A DNA stretch of 64,000 nucleotides. Source: Takakia lepidozioides (taxonomy: Eukaryota; Plantae; Bryophyta). Positions within the stretch are counted from its first letter, which is position 1, and each line of letters opens with the position of its first letter. Positions 1 through 12,200 of this stretch are shown here, one piece after another. The position numbers and the translations under genes are program-made. The DNA lies in contig CM060734.1 of NCBI GenBank assembly GCA_030704615.1, positions 61,132,001-61,196,000 on the forward strand. Direction: 5' to 3'. The notes beneath the pieces are model-generated. The model was not told the DNA's origin, did no database searches, and was given only the letters and a program-made list of their open reading frames with translations.

Positions 1-54
1 TTGTTCTTAGGTTTCCAAAGCCTTACTCCCACACCTATGCTACACACACCTTAC

Positions 55-190
55 AATCATGGCAGTCCACAACACCACATCTCATTTAGCCATGTTGTCG
101 AACTCTCCCTTTGCATCAGGCTTGCTGCACCCACATTTGGCATACATGTCCACTAGGGCAGTGGTCAGAATGACAACTAGTACAGTTTCA
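55..190 (-). pseudogene. Degenerate PLS-class PPR motif fragment
   Basis: Minus strand translates to VILTTALVDMYAKCG...FDNMAK*DVVLWTAMI, a typical plant PLS-PPR signature, with an in-frame TGA. Confidence 0.65.
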
Positions 191-674
191 GCTTTGACGA
201 TGGCGCATGGCCAAGAGATATCCCAATATCCCGCTACCAATGGGTTCAATGCATACTCTTGTCACATTGGCAGTATCATGTCAAAGTCACTCTAACTAGA
301 TTCACTCAACCAGCTAACTTGCAGAATTGAACATGAAAATTTAGGGCCGATTCTGATAAGAGGGGAAAATAGGGTGAAATGTGTTTCAGAAGGTGCCTTC
401 ATTAGCAGTGCTTGATTGTATCAATTGTGCTGCTACTGCTGCGGCTTCCAATTGACCATCTACCCATGCAGGTTTCTTGTATCTATCCTTCCACAGGGAA
501 TCATAGATAATCTGGAGCTTGAAATCTGGCCCTCTTCCACACTCTATCCCTGCTCCTTCAGCTATCTATGCCTCTGCACAAAATCATGGATACAACAATC
601 ATTCCAGCAAACACCCCCAACCCTACTTATCAATGAGCAACGAGCTAACTTACATAATTCAATATGCATCTCAA

Positions 675-1583
675 GGCCGAGTCTGATGAGAGGGAAAAAC
701 AGGCTGAAATAGGTCGAAGAAGAACCCATAGAGGATTTGACCGACCATCAACCCAAAAGGACCTCTTGTGTGTGCTGCTTGTGTCTTGTAGTCAGGTAAT
801 GTCGGATTGGTCTGTGAGAACCAACACGGTGCAGATGAGCAGGCAGAGATTGAAACACGGCCTGCTAAGACCAAGCTGACTCTCCCAAGAACCTTGAAAC
901 ATCAGGAAGAATACCAAATCATGGTACTAACAGGAGCCAACAGCCCACATTGGCAGGATGGACAAACTTCTTCACATCGTACATTAAGGAAAAGCCACAC
1001 CTTGCCATTGCGGTTGTCGCACCATCGTGAAGGATCTTTTAAAAATCTCATGCCAACTATGCTCCGTGCTGCAAATGAAGGGCCGAGTCTGATGAGAGGG
1101 CAAAACAGGCTGAAATAGGTCGAAGAAGAAGGTGCCCTCACCACATTGTCCTCGACCTTGTGTCATGGCCCATGGAGGATTTGACTGACCATGAACCCAA
1201 GAGGACCTCTTCAGTGTGCTGCTTGTTTCTGTAGTCAGGTAATGTCGGATTGGTCAGTGAGAACCACCACGGTGCAGCTGAGTGGGCAGAGATTGAAACA
1301 CGGCCTGCTAAGACCAAGCTAACTCTCCCAAGAACCTTGTAAACATCAGGAAGAATACCAAATCATGGTACTAACAGGAGCCAACAACCCACATTTGCAG
1401 GATGGACAAACTTCTTCACATCGTACATTAAGAAAAAGCCACACCTTGCGATTGCGGTTGTCCCACCATCATGAAGGATCTTTTAGAAACTCATGCCAGC
1501 TCTGCTCCGTGCTGTAAAATTAGGGCCGAGCGGGTAGAGATTGAAACACGGCCTGCTAAGACGAAGCTAACTCTCCCAAGAAC
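675..1583. repeat. Tandem duplication, ~410-440 bp unit, two full copies plus one internally deleted copy
   Basis: ggccgag unit starts at 675, 1081 and 1524; shared blocks such as gagattgaaacacggcctgctaagac..ctcccaagaac occur three times. Confidence 0.85.
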
Positions 1584-1831
1584 GGCGGGCTCCCAGCCGA
1601 AACCTCCTTGCACACATACCGTAGCGTTTCTAGGGTTGCTTGCTCCAAATGCGAAGGTTGATCCAACTGCGGGCCTCCCATGCATGTTTGCCCTCTCTCC
1701 CGCTTGCTCGTTCTAAGTCCCAACCCTCTCTCTCTCTCCCTCCCGCTCGCTCTAAGTCTGTTCACGCTACCGTGATGGGCAACTTTTTAAGTTTTTAAAC
1801 CTTCTTGTAAACCCTAAAAGCCCCTCTTTGA

Positions 1832-2040
1832 TTTTTTTTCTTTTTTTTCTTTTCTTAAAGGAAACCACAGGTCCTTGAGGAGGGGGGAAAATTCACCCGC
1901 CTTCATTTATGGGCCATAAGACGTACAGGACGATCAACGCCCAGACATACTGTCACGAACAATCCCACACACGGGATAAGGCAGCGGGTTTGAACCCCAA
2001 ACCACCAGGGCGACACACTGTGCACTTACCAGCCGATGTG
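1832..2040 (-). mobile_element. Putative tRNA-derived SINE
   Basis: Minus strand has an A-box-like ggctggtaag, B-box ggttcaaacc and an A-rich tail; a related diverged copy lies at ~50890-51118. Confidence 0.45.
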
Positions 2041-5000
2041 TTTTTTTTTTTTTTTAAATTGCATTTTGTTTTTTTTTTAAATTGATTCTAGTGGTCAGAG
2101 TCTCCGTTTTTTCAAAATATAAATACTCATATATTTTATATATAACCAGAAAAGCATGTGTTGACATGTGCAGTCATGTAGTGATTCATCCATGTGATGA
2201 TCTGGCAGAATGCATTAGAGTGAGAGTCATGAAGTCATATGTCTTTCTAGCAATATACACACGTCATTCTAGTGTAGCCATGACCGTGACTGGTAGTCAT
2301 ATCTGCCATGCCAATATTCGTGGTCAAACATGTTTGACCTGTGTTCCATAGAGTCCGGAGCCATGCAGTCGCATATACGCCTTCCCCAGACCTGCATTAT
2401 GACTTCAAAAGCATTTTACGACTGCAAATGGCATTTCTGCCACAAATCTGTCATGACTGCGCACCCATGGGAGTCGTAAAAGCCGCAATCTGTTGTAGTG
2501 TAATGAGCTCCACCGGATTGTTGCGGACCGCCGGTGGTCATTTGTACCCTTTCATTATTCCATGGAGTTTTCTATTGAGGAAGCCAACCATGTTCTAGAA
2601 GCCGCCTCTGCTGTTGCCATTGAGGCCACAAGTGACCAAAATGCGCCGCCTCTACTTGTGCAGCTGATTCTCATGGATGACCCACGGCCTGAAGACCTCA
2701 GACATATGCCTATGGCACATCCAACCTTTGGGGTGCGAAGAAAGCACTAGTTCGGATTGACTGAGGAGGACTTTGAGCGCATGACAGCTTCCTTCCTACA
2801 ACACAGATGGATGCAATTTGGCAATTTCCGCTCATACAACAAGTTGATGAAGGATCTGCATAGTTTGAGGATGGACTTACTCCATGGAACAGACCATTCA
2901 CCAGAAGTTTGTGGTGGATGACGCATTGCACTGTTTTGCATTGGTGATGGAGCGAGCAGTATTCGACATTGTTTTGCAGAATCCCAATGTCTTCAAAGTC
3001 CTGTGGTGTGGGATCCCAACTGAAGACCGCATCGGCGCCATTGCTCATCTCGATGGAGCATGCCTGTGCCGGCAAATCAAGGACATTGGCCTCGTCGGAA
3101 ATCTCTTGGAAGGTAAAATGTTATGGGCAACTTTCGTGTTTCAGCTCAATTTCTTTTGCCAACTTTTTTAGAAGTTCACATTTGCATAAATATGTGTTGC
3201 AGGGCGAGTTGATCTGGGAGACAAGCAAGTGCAGGCTGCTTTCGACTCTTTTGCCAGAGGTGCAAGGGACCTTGTCCTGGCTTTACAAGGAGTTCGGGAG
3301 ACTGTCCAGCAGACTGGCCACAAGAATGTCGAACAACATATTCCCCACGACACATGTGGGCAGACTGCCCAAGTGCTGGAGACCGAGCATGTGCACCAGA
3401 CCGTCCCGGGTAATAGGCCGGATCACTCCCAGCAGACTGCCCCGCATACACATACTCAGTATGTGCAAACAGTACTGAGCGGGCAGCGAACTTTGCAGAC
3501 TTTGCAGCAGACCGGAGAACAGACCGGCCAACAGACTGCCCCTCAGCCGACTGTGCAGCAGACCAGCAAACATGGCCACCAGATTGCCCCTCAGCAAACT
3601 GTATAGCAGACCGTTCAGCAGACCGACGAATCCAGCCAGCAGATTGCCCCTCAGCAGACTGTGCAGCACACTGGCGAACCCACTCAGCAGATGGCCGAGC
3701 AGACTATCCAGGAGACTAACAGCCAGTTTGTTCCCTGGATTGTGCAATAGACTCGGATGCACTGGCCTCACCGGGACCCTGTGGACGAATTTCTGCTGAG
3801 TTCCCAACAACATGTTTTTGGATCTGCCAATATGAGTGTTTTGACCGAGTCCACTTTTCCCCCAGGCACATTCACTGACGACGTCATCAGGTCACCGGTA
3901 AAGCATTTTTATCCAACTCCCCGTGGCCTGCCTTCTATGACCTTCCAGGTTAGTCCCGTTTTCGTGCGCTCAGTGGCGAAAGCCATAGATGAGTCTTACG
4001 TAATGACCGAACTCAATCTGGGAACGCAAAACCGTATCGTAGATCTTACAGAAGAGTCTGAGGAAGCAATTGCCGGTGGGTCTTCCATACATGTTCTTGA
4101 TGTTTCCCAAGTCCATGGAGATCCGAACACCCAGCCGGCTGTCCACCAGACTGACCAGCACACTGAACAGTGGACACATGGAAGGACTGCCGAGCAACCT
4201 GTGGCGGGGCAGCATACTGTCTTCATTGATGAGCAGATTGAACCGCAGACTAACCAGCAGACTGCACACGTCACAGATGGAAGGACTGACCAGGATGGCT
4301 CGGAGCGGCAGACTGCACAGCTCAGCTCTGACTGCACAGTTCAGATTGCACGGCCTGACCAGCACACTGCACACTTCACAGAGGGAAGGACTGACGACCA
4401 ACGTGCCACCGAGCACATTGCCCACATTGAGGAAGAGACTGAACCGCAGAATTGCCAGCAGATTGCACAGTTCACAAACGAAAGGACTGACGAAGAACCG
4501 GCGGCCGAGCAGACTGCCCACATTGAGCAACAGACTGAACATGCTGGCAGGCACACTGACAAGGAACCACATGCGGCGCAGACACCGTCTGGTATAGCGC
4601 TGGATTACATGGAGTCTGCTCCCTCACCCCTTGGGCAGGTTGTGCCATTTCCTCTTTCAGCACTGTTGTTTATGTTTTAGCACATTGTGAAATTGGGCTA
4701 ATTCGACATTTTGCTCGGTATCCTCACAGGATGTTCGTCCCTCCGTCGGCAGACTGTTTACTTCTGAGGACATGACATCTTCCGCCCATGCTGCAAACGT
4801 GGGATCGACAACCAAGAAAGGTGTGGGGGTGAGCACGCCCCCCGATGCGCAGGTCAGTTCTACGCATGCGACCCATGAAGCTACAAAGACAGGTCCAGCA
4901 AGTGTAAACAAACCTGCTGACCAGCCTCTGTTGCGAAGTAGGGCGGCAGCGCTGCGTTTGTCTGCTCTATCCAGCCCGCCTACAGCTGTCCCTGCTTCCC

Positions 5001-5329
5001 AGGGGAGAGGCAAAGCCAAGAAGCGGACTGTCGTGGACCATGCTGAGGAGGTCGAGGAGGGTCCGAGTACCAAGAGACCGGCGAAGAAAAAGTCTGGCGT
5101 CTTTATGAACAAGAACCGCAAGCTGGCCTTGGACATGGACAAAGATGTGGGTCGTTTCCTGGAGCAGCACAGGTGAGTACTGTGCTCAGTCTCCTCGTCT
5201 GTCTTTGTCATTAAGTGTTTTGCGCTCTGTTGTGGTCAGTCTGCACGCTGGTGCTGGTTTCATCATTGTCTGTTGTGGTTAGTCTTGTCAGTCTGATGAA
5301 TTGTTCAGCCTGTAGAGTGTTTGGTACCA

Positions 5330-5414
5330 TGTCGTGCGCATACATATCGCTACACAACTACATCGCTGTCCAAACCACACCACACAGATATGCACAATAA
5401 AGTAGTCTGCCACA
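5330..5414 (-). repeat. Terminal 85-bp LTR segment Y (element 3' end)
   Basis: Direct repeat of 5769-5853 (3 mismatches in 85) and of 52090-52174. Confidence 0.95.
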
Positions 5415-5415
5415 A

Positions 5416-5853
5416 TGATAAGAAAACCAAAGAACACACTGTTGACACAAAACATGAAAACCAAAACCATCACTCTTTGAAATAGTAGTCGAGCCAGGGG
5501 CACCCCAAGCTATGGGGACTCCACCCCACAACAACCTACACTCCCATCATGAGTACACTCAGATCTAAACGCATGCAGGAGCTCGGTCGCGCAGGCTCAA
5601 CTCGAGAGAGGTGAGCCGCCCGACTGCCGCTCTCGTGAAGATAAGACGGGTCAGGTGTCAAACTAAACTTGACACCTGATTTAACACTTGACCTAAATCC
5701 AAGTGTTAAATACAAATAACTAGCTTTATTCTAGCTAGTTTCACACTGTGCTTATTTAACTTGACAGCTGTCGTGCGCATACGTATCGCTACATAACTAC
5801 ATCGCTGTCCAAACCACACCACACATATATGCACAATAAAGTAGTCTGCCACA
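5416..5853 (-). repeat. Complete 438-bp LTR (Y + GC + X), sense TGTGG...TATCA, preceded by a short PPT
   Basis: X = 5416-5766 repeats at 17004-17354; Y = 5769-5853; PPT-like AGGGGGGCGA (sense) at 5855-5864. Confidence 0.88.
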
Positions 5854-6113
5854 ATCGCCCCCCTAGCTGGTGGATAGGTCCCTCTAACTCCAGATAGCTA
5901 CAAGATGTAATAGCCACAGCCGTACTAAGTCCTCTATCACTGTCCCTATCGTGCTCAAACTCTATCAACCAAGAGGCCGGGTACAAGAGTAGCCCCATCG
6001 TTAGTCGCCGTCTTGCAATTTGTGAACTTGAGCCAAGATCTCGTGTGTTCAAGGTCTCCTAGTAGCTTGGCCTTGAATTTCTTGTTAGCCTTCCATGGTT
6101 GTATCCACTCCCA

Positions 6114-9100
6114 CTATCCAATGCAATGTGGACATAACCAATCCCCATCCGGAACCATCTCAAGAGGTGGAATCAAGCATCCCATATGCCAACCTCTAGA
6201 GCATCGATCACACACCAGCATGGTGGCCGCCCCTCTAGCAGACCCACACAACATGCACCTCAAACCTGCAGATACCACTGCCAGGTTTGGGTCAATCCTG
6301 CCATCAACATTCGGAAGGTGACATGGCGCACAATTACGCACATGGTCCTTCCAAGTTATGCCATCCCGACCCTCCAAGACCAAGACGCCTGAGGGCAAGA
6401 CCTCTCGAACCTTCAAAATAACACGTCCTGCAGTCACATCCAGGGTCGTAGGAGCAGTCTGCTGCAGATAGACATAGTCACCAGGGTTGAATCTCCGAAC
6501 CCCAGGACGATAGCCCCCACCACGTATGGTAGCATATCTCAACATATCACGGTGTTGTGCAATGGCAAGGTTTTCGAAAGCCATGGGCACGTGCCCACAC
6601 GTCCGGATCGTCAAGGTTAAGAACTGCAGCAGCTTCTCTGCGAAAGGATGCAGGCAAATCCGGCTCTCGGCCAAAGAGAAGAAAGTATGGTGAGAAGGAG
6701 GCAAGTGATGCTTGCTTGCTGAACCTGTAGCCCATGGCTAACCAGGGTAACTGAAGGTCCCAATCTTGTAGGTGTCCCTTCTGCAAGCCATACTTGCGCA
6801 AACCCCTCTTTACTGTCTTAACAACTTTCTTTGCCAAGCCATCGGCCTCAGGATGATCCCGAGAAGTGGTGCGGTGGTCTATCAAGGCCTTGTCACACAA
6901 AGCCTGAAACTCCCCCAAGAACTCTCTCCCTTGGTCCGTGAGTACCTCAGTTGGAGCACCGAATCGGCTAAGCACACAATCCAAGAATGCATACGTAGCT
7001 CCCTCACTAGCCTTATCAGGCAATGGAACCAACTCAATCCACTTGGAGAAGTGCTCCACCATCACCAACACGTACTTGTTGTGGCGCATGGTCAGTGGCA
7101 ACAGCCCTGCGAAGTCAAGACTCCACCTGTAGCCCAATCCCATGATCGGAAGAGGGTGCAATTGTGGAGTAGGGGCGTTGAATGAAGCACGCACCCTGTC
7201 ACACACCATGCACCTAGCCACAAATTGTTGCACCTCTGTGTGCATACCACGCCACCAATACTGCCCCTGCAGTAGACTATGAGTCACCCCAAAATGCCCC
7301 AACTCCTCATGGGCATGCCGCACTAACCGTGCCCGCTGTGTTGGGTGAGGCACAATCCTCACTCGACCATCCTCCCACACTCAGAGCAGGTGTGTCCCCT
7401 CCCACCTGAACCTCTTGGCTCGTTGTAGGATCCGATCCCTCTCTTTGGTAGTCACAGTGGCTGTCGTGTCTCTAGTGCGGAGGTAGTCCAACACAACTGA
7501 ATCCTCATGTATATCTTTGGCGCCACCTTGCTCATTGCTGGCCTCAGGGTCCTCAGACACTTGATCCACAGTTATCCGTGTTGCAGGTCCAACCTGGCCT
7601 TCCGCTGCCAAGATACACAGAAATGCAGATGCATGCCATCCGGGCACCATCTCCTCGTCCGTCTCACCATGCCACCGAGCTCCAGTGTCATCCTGTTGGC
7701 TCGTGCATGGATTGCGACTCAACCCATCTGCATTGCGATTGACCAAACCCGGTCGATGCACCACCTGAAAGTCATACTCTTGAAGGATGAGTGCCCACCG
7801 TGCAAGCTTCCCCGTAAGCTTGTCTGACTCCATCAACCACTTGAGTGGTTGGTGATCCATGACAAGGGTGAAGAGATTGCCGTATAGATAGCACCTGAAG
7901 TGTGCCACGGCCCACACTACAGCTAAGCATTCTCCTTCATATGAGCTATACTTAGACTCTACAGCGTTGTTCGAGCGGCTAGCATAAGCCACTACGAACT
8001 CTCTTCCCTCATCATCCACCTGTGTGAGCACCGCTCCAAGCCCCAACATGCTCCAATCTGTATGCAGCTGAAAAGAACGCCCCCTGATAGGTTGTCTCAA
8101 GATGGGCGCCGAGGTCAACCTCGCCTTGAGCTCTTGAAAAGCTTGTTCTTGCTCATCTTCCCACTGCCACTCCTGGTCCACCTTGGTCAGCTTGGTTAGA
8201 GCCTTTGCAATGGCACTAAATCCTTTAACAAACCGTCTGTAATAGTTTGCTAACCCCATGAAAGCTCGAACTCGGCTCACATCCGTGGGGCGTGGAACCT
8301 GTGCAATGGACTCTACCTTAGTCTGCTGTACCCCCAATCCTCCAGGATATATCATGTGACCCAGATACTCAATCTGGTTGTGGAAAAACTTGCACTTGCC
8401 TGGATGTAACTTCAATCCGTGCGTCCTTAAGCGCTCAAATACCCCCTGAAGGTGTCTCTCATGCTCCTCCACCGTAGCACTAAAGATGATGATGTCATCT
8501 ATGTAGCACCGAGCAAACTCCACCCCTGCTAGAATCCTGTCCATGACTCTTTGAAACTCAGCGGGAGCGTTTTTAAGCCCAAATGGTAAGAACCGCCACT
8601 GGTATAGGCAATCCTTCCTGTGCTCATTGATCCCCCAGAATGCCGTCTTTTGCTTATCCGCCTCCTTGATCGGCAACTGGTGATATCCGGATCGTAAATC
8701 CAACGTGCTAAAGACCTTGGAATGCCCAATGGCATCAAAGATCTCCTCTGGTGTCGGCATGGCATACCTATCGGACTTGGTCTGACGATTTACAGGCCGG
8801 TAATCACCGCACATACGTCTCTCCGTCCAATTGCCATAGACATCCTTCTTAGCTGGCATCACTGTGGCTGAAGCATACTCTCCACCAGAGAGCTCCACCA
8901 AACCTGCCTCCCAGAGATCTTGAGTCCTCATCTGAATCAAAGACCTCTCCATGTCACTGTATCTATAGGGTCTCCGAAAGATTGGCGTGTCAGTGGCCAA
9001 CTCAATACGGATCTCTTGACCCTTCAGTGCTCCCAAGTCCTTCAAACTGTAGGTAAAGCAATTCATGTAAGCCCTCAGGAACCGCCGTATATGTCGTCTC

Positions 9101-9204
9101 TCTCCTCCAGTGACAATGGGTCCAATGTCAGGCTCCCAATTGTCCTCCGTAACTGCAACCTTAAGTCCAGCAGACTTAGAGGTAGGAGACGCATCCCGTG
9201 GTTG
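6114..9204 (-). pseudogene. pol: RT, RNase H, integrase and C-terminal PHD finger
   Basis: RT motifs LDLRSGYHQ, PFGLKNAP, YIDD; RNase H LHTDWS..YEGECLA..DHQPL; integrase HHCC, WSLDFAG, LTDQG; PHD CMLC..CDRC..HMGC..WLCPHC; stop at 7381 and a deletion frameshift near 6590. Confidence 0.93.
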
Positions 9205-12200
9205 CTATGCTGCAACCTCTTGAGCAGTACTCCCTTCCTGCTCAGTCAATGACAAGGCCTCATCCTGCCTCATCATCTCATCATTGAGAACCTCCTCAAC
9301 CCGAGAAAAATCACCAACCTCATCCATCACAGCTACCTTGGCTGCCAACTCCCTTTGGACCTCGAGCACCTCCCATGTGTGCCATGGATGTCTACACCCC
9401 GTGGTCCTCACCGGCTCGCCCCCACTCGCTGCCTGTACCGTCTCGGTAGGCAGAGAGACCATGAAGGGGAGTGCACTCCGCACTCTACGTTGCTCAGCCA
9501 TAGCCAAGCTGATAATCCAGGTCAAGCAATTGAGATCCATTGCTTGCCCCAACACCTGACGCCGTGATGCCTCAGAAAGAGAAGGCACCGCCGTGGTCCC
9601 AGTGGAAAACCCCATAGCCCGCTCTCGCTCGTCGGCATTAGGCTCCACTAACTGCTGCAACTGAGCATCCCACAGGAGGCCAGGTCCACCATCCCGAAAA
9701 GCATGGGATCCTGGGAAGCTGAGCAGTGTAGGTAATGCTGCTTGTGGTTGACCCACCCTGTTGACCACTGCCAAAGGCGAACGGTCATTATGTCTCACAC
9801 GTTGAAACTGCCTCCCTGTGTCCAAAATGTTGTCCACTGTGAGGTGTGCTGGCCGTTGCACCCCATCAAATGCACGCTTGAGCAGTACGGGTGGCATCAA
9901 GTTAGTCCACCAAAGCCGTGGACGATGAGCCCGTGACCCCACTGCAGCTGCATCCAGCAACACTGCTGACCCAAGCCACGACCGGACTTGATGCACACTG
10001 GCCATCACCCTGGCCCGAGAATCACCCATCAGTGGCACATTCTCCAAGATGTATGCTGGAGATACAGCTTGATGAAGCTGCAAGTGGCACAAAACCCGCA
10101 CCATCTCTCAAAACAGACCCGTCCTCGAGTCTCGCAATCCATTGCCTTGCCCGGCTGATGAATGCCCTTGGCAGGGCCAACCTGCCACTACCAGATCAAT
10201 GGAGCCAACCTGCTCCAAATCCCGCGCCCCCAGCAAAGAAATGTCTGCTGGCAAGGCTTCTTGGTATCCACGAACTGCAGACACCGGCAACAACTCAGGG
10301 TACTGCTGCACCATCTGAGCAACATGGCGCAGTGAGACGCGTCGTGCAGTCTCATCCCTCTCCACATACAGGTAACGTCGAACTCGTACACCTGCCTGCA
10401 GCACTGCAGCCAATCCAGTGCTGATCCCGCCAAACAAGTCCAGAAGGCATATGCCTTCATCCGGGCACTGCCACACAATAAGTGTGGTGTCCAATGGCAA
10501 CAACTGAGGTGGTCCTGGTGCAATCACCGCACTCTCCTCCTCTCCTGACGGTACGAAAGCTTCTATCCAAGCTTGTTGCACCCGTCCATCAGCAGCCTGC
10601 TGCAAATCCTTGCTCGTACCCCACAATGGAGTGTGAGCAACCATGGCAGGCAACTCCGCCATACCATGCATGTCATCCTGCTCTGCCGGAGGTGGCACAT
10701 CCTCTGCATGAGCATTGCCTTCCAGCAACTCGCCAGGCCAACTAACTGCAGCTGTGAAGGTGGCTAGTGTTGGCATCTTGCCCCGCTGGACAGCCGCCAT
10801 ACCCCCAATGAATGTCACAGGGAGCTGTGCACGACGACCATCCCCTGACTGCCATCCAGGCTTGTAGGATGCTGACTCCTCCCAAAAGTCCAGGGTGAAG
10901 CCCATGGGGTATAACACTGCCCCACCAACGAGGACATCGTAAGAGACCGCGTCTGTCACAATGGCCTTAGCTCGCATCACTGAGCCATCTCTAGGATGAT
11001 CCGGCTGTAGTCTAATGGCCAACTGATGCCGTGTCATGCCTCGAGCCTGCTCTGATCCTCCCAGAGATGTCTGTATCTGGAAAGGACAAGGCTCCATATC
11101 TGCCTCCATGAGGCCCAAACCTGCAATAGCAGCTCTGCCCAACATCAGTGGCTGAGCTCCCGAGTCCAACAAGACCCGAAGTGGCCGGTACTTCTTGCCT
11201 GCCGGTCCACTCAAAGTGAAAATGCCTCTCTGGTTGTCTAACAAGACAACTCCAGGTGTCACCGTGGCGCGCTCAAAGGCTGGCCTAGCTGGCAGCTCTG
11301 TCAACCTGGCAGCTGCAGCTTGCCATGGCGCAGCCGTGGCAGTCTTGACCCTCAAATCCGAGGATCCCTCTGCCACTACACCTTCCACTAACTCCGCAGA
11401 AGATGAAGTGACCTCCCCACTCTCACAGAGTGTTACTGCTAGTCTGAACAGTGCAACTGGTCTCACCCCCGGTGTCGCAATCATTGTTGCCGAGAACAGT
11501 GGGGCCTGACACACAGAGGTGGCTGCCCCCAATAACACACCGGCCGCACTAGCCTTGGCAGCAGGAGTCAATGCTGCACGTGTAGCTCTCCCCAATGGCA
11601 TAGTAACCTCCGCCTAGGTAAGAGTCGGGCGAGAACTAGGTGCCATGGATGGCGTCGACACAGTCTCCGCCAATGTGAATGACTGAGGAAGCCTCGTCTG
11701 ACGGCTTGCCTCCCCACGCTGTGGATCCAATTCCACCTCTGCACCTCGTGGCTCAGGAACTCGTGATGCTCCTCGAGTCACGGCTGTAGCAGACTCCACC
11801 TGCTCTAGTGGTAGCGCTGCTCCGCACATGACTCCCATGCCTTCCATATCTCCTCCCTCAGGAGCAGGAGGTGGACCATCCCGCCTGGGAACTGGTACCG
11901 CCTGAACTATAGCCATGGCAGCGAGCCTCTGCTCTAGCTGCTGAAGCCGGTTGGCCATGCCTTGGTTAACACCCTGACCACCGCGTCCTTGGCCATGTTG
12001 AGCTTGCCCTTGGCCTGCACCTTGTGCCCGACCACCTCGTCCTCTCTGGGCTGGTCCACCTCGCCCCCAGCCACCATTGTTCCCTTGGAACTGGCCTGGG
12101 CGCAACTCAGGATGCAAGTCATAACACTGGGCATCTCCATGCCCATACTTGCCACAATGCCCACACTGCAACTGTGCAGGCTGTGCTTGTGCCGGCCTTC

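Noticed and set aside
680-720. CTGATGA...GAAA resembling a hammerhead ribozyme core in the tandem repeat
   Set aside because: The intervening sequence cannot form stem II and no matching stems I/III are evident
5330-5766. Treating X-T-Y (5330-5766) as the ordinary 3' LTR with a deleted 5' LTR
   Set aside because: The PPT abuts the inner Y and the primer site abuts the 5' X directly, so the replicative LTR is Y-GC-X; two chance rearrangements would otherwise be needed
9520-10460. Bacterial restriction-modification methylase or contamination
   Set aside because: Fused in frame within gag-pol in two copies, DNMT3-like motifs, flanked by intron-containing plant genes
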